From Macrostomum lignano (Eukaryota): a stretch of DNA of 27,922 bases. Within the stretch, counting starts at the first letter, position 1. Every line of letters starts with the position of its first letter. Shown here one piece after another: positions 1 to 10,029 of the stretch. The notes below the pieces were generated by a model that was not told the DNA's origin, searched no databases, and saw only the letters and a program-made list of their open reading frames with translations. Location of the stretch: positions 52,477 through 80,398 of the forward strand of contig NIVC01000756.1 in assembly GCA_002269645.1 (NCBI GenBank). Direction: 5' to 3'. The position numbers were made by a program, and so were the translations under genes.

Positions 1-319
1 TTGTTTAAACCTACGCATGACGGCTTGGTCTATCTCTGTATCTGTCGTAGTTGTTTTAGAAACTCTATATGCCAAAAAGGCCGTCCTATTGCCCCAGCTG
101 CTTCTTATTAAAGTTACTTCAATTTCCATTAGATTGCATAGCTTAAAACTTAAACTCGAATGTGCCTGATTTTCAGCCAATATTTATTATTTATGATTGA
201 TTAATTGTTGTTCACACTTCAGTCCGTTTGTCATTGAGCATGCGATGACAACACACTGTCCTGTCTGTAGTTGATTTGCCCACTATATAGATGTGTCATT
301 GCTACAGAAGCACTTATAG

Positions 320-526
<207 letters not shown>

Positions 527-616
527 TAATCTCTGGGTTATCCTTGAAATCGCTTGGATCGAATCGTTCAATATACAAACTTCAGCATCCTAAATAGTGC
601 TTAAAGTCACCAATTC

Positions 617-1346
617 AATCGTCTGTAAATCGCCCTGATAATCGTCTGTAAATCGCCTCGATAATCGTCTGTAAATCGCCCCGATAATCGTCTGTAAATC
701 GCCCGATAATCGTCTGTAAATCGCCCGATAATCGTCTGTAAATCGCCCCGATAATCGTCTGTAAATCGCCCCGATAATCGTCTGTAAATCGCCCTGATAA
801 TCGTCTGTAAATCGCCCTGATAATCGTCTGTAAATCGCCCCGATAATCGTCTGTAAATCGCCCCGATAATCGTCTGTAAATCGCCCCCGATAATCGTCTG
901 TAAATCGCCCTGATAATCGTCTGTAAATCGCCCTGATAATCGTCTGTAAATCGCCCCGATAATCGTCTGTAAATCGCCCCGATAATCGTCTGTAAATCGC
1001 CCTGATAATCGTCTGTAAATCGCCCGATAATCGTCTGTAAATCGCCCTGAGAATCGTCTGTAAATCGCCCGATAATCGTCTGTAAATCGCCCTGAGAATC
1101 GTCTGTAAATCGCCCGATAATCGTCTGTAAATCGCCCTGATAATCGTCTGTAAATCGCCCCGATAATCGTCTGTAAATCGCCTCGAAAATCGTCTGTAAA
1201 TCGCCCGATAATCGTCTGTAAATCGCCCTGACAATCGTCTGTAAATCGCCCGATAATCGTCTGTAAATCGCCCTGATAATTGTCTGTTAATCGCCCCGAC
1301 AATCGTCTGTTAATCGCTCTGACAATCATCTTAAAAATCGCCCTGA
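617..1346. repeat. Intronic minisatellite, 22-24 bp unit AATCGTCTGTAAATCGCCC(C/T)GAT, about 31 copies
   Basis: Direct tandem copies inside the PKA intron 494-1510. It explains the repetitive ORFs 590-1234 and 607-1380. Confidence 0.98.
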
Positions 1347-1510
1347 GCCGCCCCAAAGCCGATTTTTTTCGGAAGTTCATAGAATTACTTACCTTGCTTT
1401 TAGCCTCATCAAAATCAGTCTCATCAGTCTACTAAAAATGATAAGTAGTATGATAAGCGCATTGTTATGAAATAAATAAGGCAATTTTCGCTTATTCAAT
1501 TTTTGCCTAG

Positions 1511-1798
<288 letters not shown>

Positions 1799-1857
1799 TG
1801 AAGATTATCGAATTTTTTCTCGCATGGCACAAAAAAAGTAGCATTATCTAGTTGTAC

Positions 1858-2507
1858 CCTAGCCAATCAGAATGATTTTGATGTGTCCTAGCCAATCAGA
1901 AGGATCGAGATAGTTCCTAGCCAATCAAAAGGATCCAAATGTGTCCTGGCGAATCAGAAGGATCCAAATGTGTCCTAGCCAATCAGAAGGATCGAGATAG
2001 TTCCTAGCCAATCAGAATGATTTTGATGTGTCCTAGCCAATCAGAAGGATCGAGATAGTTCCTAGCCAATCAAAAGGATCCAAATGTGTCCTGGCGAATC
2101 AGAAGGATCCAAATGTGTCCTGGCCGATCAGAAGGATCGAGATAGTTCCTAGCCAATCAGAATGATTTTGATGTGTCCTAGCCAATCAAAAGGATCCAAA
2201 TGTGTCCTGGCCAATCAGAATGATCCAGATGTGTCCTGACAAATCAGAAGGATCCAAATGTGTCCTGGCCAATCAGAAGGATCGAGATAGTTCCTAGCAA
2301 ATCAGAATGATCGAGATAGTTCCTAGCCAATCAGAAGGATCGAGATAGTTCCTAGCCAATCAGAAGGATCCAACCAAATGTGTCCTGGCCAATCAGAAGG
2401 ATCCAAATGTGTCCTGGCCAATCGGAAGGATCCAAATGTGTACTGGCCAATCAGAAAGATCCAGATAGTTCATAGCCAATCAGAAGGATCCAACTGAGCC
2501 AATCAGA
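1858..2507. repeat. Intronic minisatellite, 29 bp unit CCT(A/G)GCCAATCAGAAGGATC(N9), about 22 copies, with a 145-bp higher-order repeat
   Basis: The five-unit block starting at 1858 recurs at 2003 and partly at 2148. Confidence 0.97.
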
Positions 2508-2552
2508 ACTCAGGATCTAACTAACCCCGCTGACCCGCCCTTTGCACCCCAG

Positions 2553-2693
2553 GTGTACAAAAAGGAGGTGGAGGCGCCGTTCGTGCCCAAGTCGAAGGGC
2601 CCGGGCGACCCGTCCAACTTCGACGAATACGAAGAGGAGCCGCTGCGGATCGCCAGCTCGGAGAAGTGCGCCAAGGAGTTCGCCGAATTTTGA
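2553..2693 (+). CDS. PRKACA: PKA catalytic subunit, last coding exon (AGC C-terminal tail)
   Basis: Branch-like ctaac at 2521 and acceptor caccccAG|2553. Encodes [46 protein letters not shown], with the FDxY motif and terminal FxxF hydrophobic motif. TGA at 2691-2693. Confidence 0.97.
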   Translation: MYKKEVEAPFVPKSKGPGDPSNFDEYEEEPLRIASSEKCAKEFAEF

Positions 2694-4122
2694 CCGGACT
2701 GGCAGCCAGTTTGCTGAGCTCGCTGACTCTCTGACCCCCGCGCTCGGGATCTGGTGATTTCGCGTCAGTTTCTGTCCCGTTTATTCCCGTTTGTTTATTT
2801 ATTAATTTGTGTCACTTTGTTTTTTGTTCTACTTTTGATTCAACTGCTTTTAGAAGCAGAAACTGACTTGTCTGCTCTCGACTGGCCGAGTCTGTCGCGG
2901 CTCCCCCAGTCATGTTGCTTGTCTTTTTAAGCATTTCCTTGTGCTTGGGAGGCGAGGAAATCAGGAGGTCGCGAGTTCGAATCAGTTTTTTTCGCATGTG
3001 TTTAATGTTTATTACTATATATATACTCCACTCCGCTATATTTGATTTATTATTGTTATCGAATACTCATTGCTGTAGTCTGGAGATTAACTCGCTAATT
3101 GGATTAATTACCCGCTTTACTGTACTGCCCGTGCCACGTGTTGTCAGAGCCCCCCACAGCAGCCCCCTCCCCACACACCTGTGTTAACTGCGCGTACGTT
3201 ATCGAGATAGTAACTATTAGTAAGCAAAAGTACTTTGCCGTTGTATTATTTCAATCCTTTAGTATTCGAAAGAGACTATGTATCTGTAACTATAAGCGTA
3301 TAGTGCCAGTATCTCGAATTCGCACTCAACTTGTAAATTCTGTTTAACTCTCCGCACAGAGATAGAAAATATTCGTTCTATGCGCCTGACAGTAGACACA
3401 TTAGGATGCGATAAGTAGCAAGTGTTTTTTGTAGACTAGAAATCTTTTCTGTTCAGTCCCAGTGAGTGACAATGCAAGAAACTAATAGTACTAATAGTAG
3501 TGCTAGTCAGACAAGGCAAGGGTCAGTTCAAACTCGGTTTTCTAAACTTTTCAAATAGTACCTCTTGTTTATTTGTTATTTTGGATTTAACTAATTGTTA
3601 ATCCTCTCCTCTCCCTAGCGATCGCGCGACCTATCAAGATGTCTCCGTGTCACATGTAATACCATTCACTGATTCACACTGTCCCGCTTCTAATATTATT
3701 GACTTTTTATTTAGCAGTTTGTGATGCAGCAGTGCGGCTGCCCCTATTGGACAATATTATATACAAATACAAAGGCCTGCTCTGTATTATTTGAGTTTAG
3801 TTTAGACTTTTTGTTTCGGCGTTTTCATGTCACAGAACTTTTCCGCGAGGTAGCACAAACACTCGGGCTTACCTGTGTAAGCTTATCGAATTGTTGCTTT
3901 GCAACTTTAATAATATTTGGTCCCTGATGACAAATTTTCTCTTGTGTTCCTAGAGAATTGACTTTGCAGTATTGTAGTAATTTTCTTTCTTGGGTGGGAT
4001 GAAGAGGAGCAGCTGAGTTCCCCACCCATGAGGACTAAGTGCTGTCCTTCTGCTCTCTGCGTACTTGTGCGTACAAAGTCTGGGATCCGTCGTGAATCCC
4101 CGGATTTAGTGGGTTTGAAAAA

Positions 4123-4974
4123 AGCAGTCAAATTGTCAGCAGTCAAATTGTCACTGATTGTCAGCAGTCAAATTGTCACTGATTGTCAGCAGTCAAATTG
4201 TCAGCAGTCAAATTGTCACTGATTGTCAGCAGTCAAATTGTCAGCAGTCAAATTGTCACTGATTGTCAGCAGTCAAATTGTCAGCAGTCAAATTGTCACT
4301 GATTGTCAGCAGTCAAATTGTCACTGATTGTCAGCAGTCAAATTGTCACTGATTGTCAGCAGTCAAATTGTCAGCAGTCAAATTGTCAGCAGTCAAATTG
4401 TCAGCAGTCAAATTGTCACTGATTGTCAGCAGTCAAATTGTCACTGATTGTCAGCAGTCAAATTGTCAGCAGTCAAATTGTCAGCAGTCAAATTGTCAGC
4501 AGTCAAATTGTCAGCAGTCAAATTGTCAGCAGTCAAATTGTCAGCAGTCAAATTGTCAGCAGTCAAATTGTCAGCAGTCAAATTGTCAGCAAGTCAAATT
4601 GTCAGCAGTCAAATTGTCAGCAGTCAAATTGTCAGCAGTCAAATTGTCAGCAAGTCAAATTGTCAGCAGTCAAATTGTCAGCAGTCAAATTGTCACTGAT
4701 TGTCAGCAGTCAAATTGTCACTGATTGTCAGCAGTCAAATTGTCACTGATTGTCAGCAGTCAAATTGTCACTGATTGTCAGCAGTCAAATATTGTCAGCA
4801 GTCAAATTGTCAGCAGTCAAATTGTCAGCAGTCAAATTGTCAGCAGTCAAATTGTCAGCAGTCAAATTGTCAGCATTCAAATTGTCAGCAGTCAAATTGT
4901 CAGCAGTCAAATTGTCAGCATTCAAATTGTCAGCAGTCAAATTGTCAGCAGTCAAATATTGTCAGCTGTCAAAT
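4123..4974. repeat. Minisatellite, 15 bp unit CAGTCAAATTGTCAG with interspersed 10-bp TCACTGATTG inserts
   Basis: Tandem copies are visible. It is the source of the SAVKL/SQIVS/QQSNC pseudo-ORFs. Confidence 0.98.
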
Positions 4975-5122
4975 GCTAAAAATGTGAATCCCAAGATTCT
5001 TTTCCTACTCATAGAGTCAAAGTTCACTAACAAAACAATAACTTGCGAAAGTAAACTTGAATTCATTCATTGAAAAGTCCGGAAAGCTGTTGTTTTGGTC
5101 TATAGACTTACTCACTTAGGCC

Positions 5123-5200
5123 TAGGGATTGCAATCCTGAGATTGGCCAAATTCCGGGATTAAATCATAGGATCGAAAAAAACGGGATTTTGCAATGTAT
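5123..5200. mobile_element. Possible decayed hAT-like MITE end (TAGGGATTGCAATCC, GGGATT motifs)
   Basis: Starts TAGGG and carries GGGATT/AATCC motifs like the intact element at 19861. No clean second TIR or TSD was found. Confidence 0.3.
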
Positions 5201-5201
5201 A

Positions 5202-5433
5202 TCCAATATACTAAAAATGAGTTGTCTGTATGTATGTGGGTAGGTATGCGATAGATTTCAGAAAAATTAAGCCTGAAAACTAAAAAACTAGAAAACTTTC
5301 AAAGTTTGCTGACTTTGAAACTTCTGTACCGGTGCAAATTAAAAGAACATGATTTAAGGCGAATGATAACTAATTTCGAGTCGCGCACCGTTTGCCTGCC
5401 TGCGGTGCTCGGTGCAGCAACACATCGCCTGTA
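5202..5433 (+). mobile_element. Possible non-autonomous Helitron relic
   Basis: A|TC start followed by CAATATACTAAAAATGAGTTGTCTGTATGTATGT, resembling Helitron 5' ends. Hairpin GCACCG(5385-5390)/CGGTGC(5403-5408). The 3' end is CTGT rather than CTRR, so support is weak. Confidence 0.3.
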
Positions 5434-6282
5434 TATTTTTGGCTTTGCAATTCCTATATCATCAATTTGCCAACCGAAGTAGAACAAATCCACATGTTCT
5501 TAATTATAAATTTCTACGCTATAGTGTCATAAAGTTTACCGAATCGTTTTTATGGCTTGCTAAATAAAATTGCGTCTTTGTTCAGCCTTAGTTTGCATGA
5601 ATTGGGACAAAGCCTTCCGTTTTAGATAAATCACTCGGGCGCCTTGATTTTGTTTGAATGCTTAAGCGGACAGGGGGTCCTTTGGAATGGTGTGAGTTGG
5701 GGTGGGTGGTGGTGGTGTGACTGCTTGGCTGGTTGGCACTGTGGGGGTCTCGGGGGGGGCGACTGAACGATTAAACCAAACTACAACCATTAAGTTTGAG
5801 GCGGGGCGGGAAGAAGGGGTTGAGATTTTATTGCCTTCTTTGTTAACAAGTCACGACAGGACCATTCCACGCCTTGCGTGATGGGCCCGAACTTTTCCTT
5901 ATCTGTTTCAACTGTTGGTTCTAAAAAATTAATTTGCTAACATGTTTCTCTAAGTTTGTAAGATTTAGCTTATAGTCTGGATAAAATTCTTTAGCAAAAA
6001 AGGCAGCTCAAGTGCAATAGAAGCAGCTGTACACATTAACAAAACAAATTTTCTGTCTACTCTTGCTTTGGGGAGGTCTGGGCTTTTCTGGGTCAAGTGA
6101 TGTTAAATGATTCAGATATTGTAAATGTGACAATTATACAAATTCAGATTCCTGGCCGAAGCCAAATTTTGCATTTTGATATCCTGCTGAGATTTTTAAT
6201 TGCTTCAAAATTTCACTTTATTGGAAATTGGAGTTTTTTTATTAACGAACTGCAAAACGATTAACATCAAGATATAAAACAA

Positions 6283-6465
6283 GCACAGCACAGCACATCA
6301 TATCACAGCACATCACATGCTGTGACCTGTGACTGTGATGTGCTGTGCTGTGATGTGATGTTCTGTGCTGTGCTGTGCTGTGCTGTGCTTTGCTGTGCTG
6401 TGCTGTGCTGTGCTGTGCTGTGCTGTGCTGTGCTGTGCTATTGCTTTGCTGTGATGTGCTGTGGC
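6283..6465. repeat. Pentanucleotide microsatellite (GCACA)n switching to its reverse complement (TGTGC)n
   Basis: Left arm is 6283-6317 and right arm is 6318-6465. Confidence 0.95.
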
Positions 6466-7035
6466 AGCTCGTTTCTAATTCTAATCCTGTTTCTACTTCA
6501 TGTATATCAAACAGACGCCAGCCAGATCCTAAAAAAGAACAATGAGTTGAATTGAAATGAAGAGGAAAATAGTGAAACAAAATTTGCTGCACCTAAATAT
6601 GAATATGAAGATAAGAAAAAAAGTGAACGAAATAACGTCCACTTAGACCACTATCTTCTGTTTAATTATACGAGTGGATTTTGTGACCTGTGAGGGCAGA
6701 TAAATGTACAGCAAGGCAAGCTAGAACTCTGCAGAGGGCCAGGGGCATAGCGACTTTCAATTACAAGTTGATGTGATGTGAGTGTTAAGACCTGGCAAAA
6801 GACAAAGTAAAATGTCTAACAAGCATGATAACTCGAAAACATACGACAATGTGTACTTTTTGTAGAATCAAGAAATTTGCAATTGCAATGATAAACTCAT
6901 TGCGAGATATCCTTCTCCATTAAAACTTTATCAATTAATCAGACAAAGTTGAAGAGCTTGCCATTCTACTACCAGTAGGCTGTATTGAAAATATTAGCAA
7001 ATTTAAATCGTTAGCATCTTGAATTCTTCCGCTCA

Positions 7036-7078
7036 GCCAATCACCGACCGGGGAGGGGGGAGGCACGGATTGATTGGC
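7036..7078. promoter_or_regulatory. Putative nanos proximal promoter: two oppositely oriented CCAAT boxes flanking a G-rich box
   Basis: AGCCAATCA at 7035-7043, GGGGAGGGGGG at 7050-7060 and TGATTGGC at 7071-7078, 130-170 bp upstream of ATG 7209. Confidence 0.55.
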
Positions 7079-7208
7079 GGGTAAACCTTGACTTAAACCT
7101 TGGGAGTTTTCTCAATTCCTTTCTATTCCATCCACCCTGCTGCTCTGCCCATAGTTCAACTGTAGCAAAACTGGTAATCATTTATCAACCAGCATTTTTT
7201 GTTCAATT

Positions 7209-7276
7209 ATGTCAGAATTTCCATACGAAATCGAGCTGCAGCTGCAGCTACTGTTTCTGGCTTTGCAGAAGGACAG
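7209..7276 (+). CDS. nanos: nanos, predicted coding exon 1 (MSEFPYEIELQLQLLFLALQKD)
   Basis: ATG at 7209 and strong donor CAG|gtaaat at 7277, phase 2. It joins acceptor tcactccAG|7480 in frame (AG+T = Ser), giving a 173-aa protein. Confidence 0.7.
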
Positions 7277-7479
7277 GTAAATATTTTTAAATATGCTGAC
7301 TCGGTTTATATTCCATGATATGATATGAGTAGAATAGAATCATACCAGTTATTTAGTAACTGTCATATTGGCAGTGTAAATGACAACTACAAATGTATGT
7401 AGTCTATAGAGTGCAGATTTAGGCTTTAACAACTTTGACATGTTGACATCCTGCTGGTGCTGATCTTTCATCACTCCAG

Positions 7480-7933
7480 TCCGTCCGGTCACCACCCGCC
7501 ATGCAGCAGCGAGCCGGTGCTGGTGCAGGGCACCTATAGCGCCGATAGCGGCAGCAGCGTCGCCGCTAGCATCGACCCGAGCCCGAAGCCGAAGTCGTTC
7601 CTCCAGCCGCTGCTGCCCGTCGGAGCCCCTCAGCAGCACGAGCAGCTTCGGGCCATCCTGCAGAAGCACGAGCGCCGGCCCTACCGCCCAGTGCTGTGCG
7701 TGTTCTGCAAGAAGAACAACGAGCCCGAGTCGTTCTACCGCGGCCACACCGTCAAGGACGGCAACGGGGACGTCGTCTGCCCGGTGCTGCAGAGCTACGA
7801 GTGCCCGATCTGCCACGCCACCGGGACGGCCGCGCACACCGTCAAGTACTGCCCGGTTGGCAACGGGGTCGCCAGGCGCGGGGGCGGCGGCGGCGGCGGC
7901 GGCAGAGTCTGGAGTCAGGCCAAGCGTAGCTAA
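7480..7933 (+). CDS. nanos: nanos, exon 2 with tandem CCHC zinc fingers
   Basis: Exact Nanos spacing C-x2-C-x12-H-x10-C-x7-C-x2-C-x7-H-x4-C (CVFC...H...C...CPIC...H...C) at 7697-7852. Gly-rich C-terminal tail. TAA at 7931-7933. Confidence 0.97.
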
Positions 7934-8050
7934 AAAATGATTTTAACAAAGTTGCTCGAGAAATTTAAACAAATTAATTGCGAATTGGTGTGCATTGTCT
8001 TCACAAACTGTTTCTATTCTGCTTTTTTGGTTTTTTAACAAAATCCCAAT

Positions 8051-8208
8051 TGTAAATATTTCATTTCATTTTATCTCATAAACCCCTCGCATTTTACTGT
8101 CCTTTTCTACTCATTTATTATTGATAAATCATAACCATAAGCCACATTTATCTTCATATTCTAATCAATCATTTCATTTCAATTTCCGTTCTTCAGTTTT
8201 TGTAAATA
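8051..8208 (+). promoter_or_regulatory. Two Pumilio response elements (UGUAAAUA) in the nanos 3'UTR
   Basis: TGTAAATA at 8051-8058 and 8201-8208, between the stop (7933) and AATAAA (8252). Confidence 0.8.
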
Positions 8209-8251
8209 GCAATTTTAAATTTGACATTAACCAATTCCGCTTTGCTAATTC

Positions 8252-8257
8252 AATAAA
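8252..8257 (+). terminator. Probable nanos polyadenylation signal AATAAA
   Basis: First AATAAA after the stop, at the end of a U-rich 3'UTR of about 320 nt. Confidence 0.65.
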
Positions 8258-8292
8258 ATATCTAAATATTTGTTATACCGATGTAGGGAACT

Positions 8293-8348
8293 GTCGTCAT
8301 GGCAACTAATCGCGTCTGACGTGGTCACGTGACAACAGGCTGGGCGGG
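8293..8348. promoter_or_regulatory. Compact motif cluster: X-box, CRE/ATF half-site, GTCACGTGAC E-box, GC box
   Basis: GTCGTCATGGCAAC 8293-8306, TGACGT 8317-8322, GTCACGTGAC 8324-8333 and GGGCGGG 8342-8348. Confidence 0.6.
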
Positions 8349-8607
8349 CTAGTAATTAAATTGGGCTGGCCAGGACTGCTAGCGCACCTGCTGTTTGTTG
8401 CAAAACTCAGTTTCCATTTTCTAAATGCACCTAAATTGACGAATTGCAATTGTAATTGTGTTTCTGGCTAGTGGCGCAGTTCTAAATACACAGTTTGAAA
8501 CACATCACCAACACCAATGGAGCTGGAGTCCTGCAGTTTCAATATTTTTCGACCTCTTGAAATTTGAAAAGGCTTTTTAATTCAGTGATTCAAGTTTCAA
8601 GCAATTT

Positions 8608-9232
8608 AATGAGCTGCCAGCCTGTCACTCTTGTCTCAGTCAATGAGCCGCCAGCCTGTCACTCTTGTCTCAGTCAATGAGCCGCCAGCCTGTCACTCTT
8701 GTCTCATCCAATGAGCCCCTAGCCTGTCACTCACTTGTCTCATTTAATGAGCCCCCAGCCTGTCACTCTTGTCTCAGTCAATGAGCCCCTAGCCTGTCAC
8801 TCTTATCAATCAATAAGCTGCTAGCCTGTCACTCTTGTCTCAGTCAATGAGCTGCCAGCCTGTCACTCTTGTCTCAGTCAATGAGCCCCTAGCCTGTCAC
8901 TCTTATCAATCAATAAGCTGCTAGCCTGTCACTCTTGTCTCAGTCAATGAGCCGCCAGCCTGTCACTCTTGTCTCAGTCAATGAGCTGCTAGCCTGTCCT
9001 CTTGTCTCAGTGAATGAGCTGCCAGCCTGTCACTCTTGTCTCATCCAATGAGCCCCTAGCCAGTCACTCACTTGTCTCATTTAATGAGCCCCCAGCCTGT
9101 CACTCTTGTCTCATCCAATGAGCCCCTAGCCTGTCACTCACTTGTCTCATTTAATGAGCCCCCAGCCTGTCACTCTTGTCTCATTCAATGAGCCGCCAGC
9201 CTGTCACTCTTGTCTCAATCAATAAACTGCCA
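8608..9232. repeat. Minisatellite, about 34 bp unit AATGAGCCGCCAGCCTGTCACTCTTGTCTCAGTC, about 18 copies
   Basis: Tandem copies with 32-37 bp variants, lying between the convergent nanos and tetraspanin-like genes. Confidence 0.96.
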
Positions 9233-9574
9233 CCTTGATCTAGATAAGCTGCGAGGTTAAATTTTAAAGCAAATACTTTTCTTGCTACTGCAAGTAGCAA
9301 GTATTGTAAATGAAGTGTTTGCATGTATTTGATACGAGCTAAATGTGCATTTAGTGAACGATAAATGAAAATCGAGAAGCAAGCTCAGCTGAGTAACGCA
9401 GCTCGTAATACAAAAGCGAGATAAAATCTACTTAATGAAATGATGGGTGTCGGTTTGCTAAACTCGCTGCACACTCGTAGACTTGACGACTGGACTGGGC
9501 TGTACCAGCAAACGATAGCAGTTGCCCCAGTTGGTGGGATTCCCCATTCTCGGTTGGTGCGATTCTAATGAATT

Positions 9575-9580
9575 TTTATT
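9575..9580 (-). terminator. Probable polyadenylation signal of the tetraspanin-like gene
   Basis: tttatt on + (AATAAA on -), the first one after the stop at 10030. Confidence 0.5.
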
Positions 9581-9677
9581 GAGTTTTTTTACAGGATTCG
9601 TTTTTGCAATTTGTAAAGCATAGCATAGGAAGCTTCCAGTGCGGAACCGCGCAACCATTAAAAAATAGACAGCTGAT

Positions 9678-9985
9678 GAGATTCTGTCAGAGATTCTGTC
9701 AGAGATTATGTCAGGGATTCTGTCAGGGATTCTGTCAGGGATTCTGTCAGGGATTCTGTCAGGGATTCTGTAAGGGATTCTGTCAGGAATTCTGTCAGGG
9801 ATTCGGTCAGGGATTCTGTCAGGGATTCTGTCAGGAATTCTGTCAGGGATTCTGTCAGGGATTCTGTCAGGGATTCTGTCAGGGATTCTGTCAGGGATTC
9901 TGTCAGGGATTCTGTCAGGGATTCTGTCAGGGATTCTGTCAGGGATTCTGTCAGGGATTCTGTCAGGGATTCTGTCAGGGATTCT
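9678..9985. repeat. Minisatellite, 12 bp unit GGGATTCTGTCA, about 25 copies
   Basis: Near-perfect tandem array. It is the source of the IPDR/QGFC/ESLT pseudo-ORFs. Confidence 0.98.
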
Positions 9986-10029
9986 TTCCTCACTCACACC
10001 CACTAATCGCAGAAGCGGTCACACCGCTT

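Noticed and set aside
590-1380. Long ORFs of 214 and 257 aa
   Set aside because: They are translations of the 23-bp array on the strand opposite PKA, inside an intron.
4353-5073. Stacked SAVKL/SQIVS/QQSNC ORFs
   Set aside because: A stop-free 15-bp repeat is open in several frames, with non-ATG starts and no coding bias. The same applies to 9458-10179, 13810-14325 and 26213-27019.
7457-7479. ORF-track N-terminus MLIFHHS for nanos
   Set aside because: It begins at a non-ATG codon inside the intron's pyrimidine tract. The spliced model from ATG 7209 fits better.
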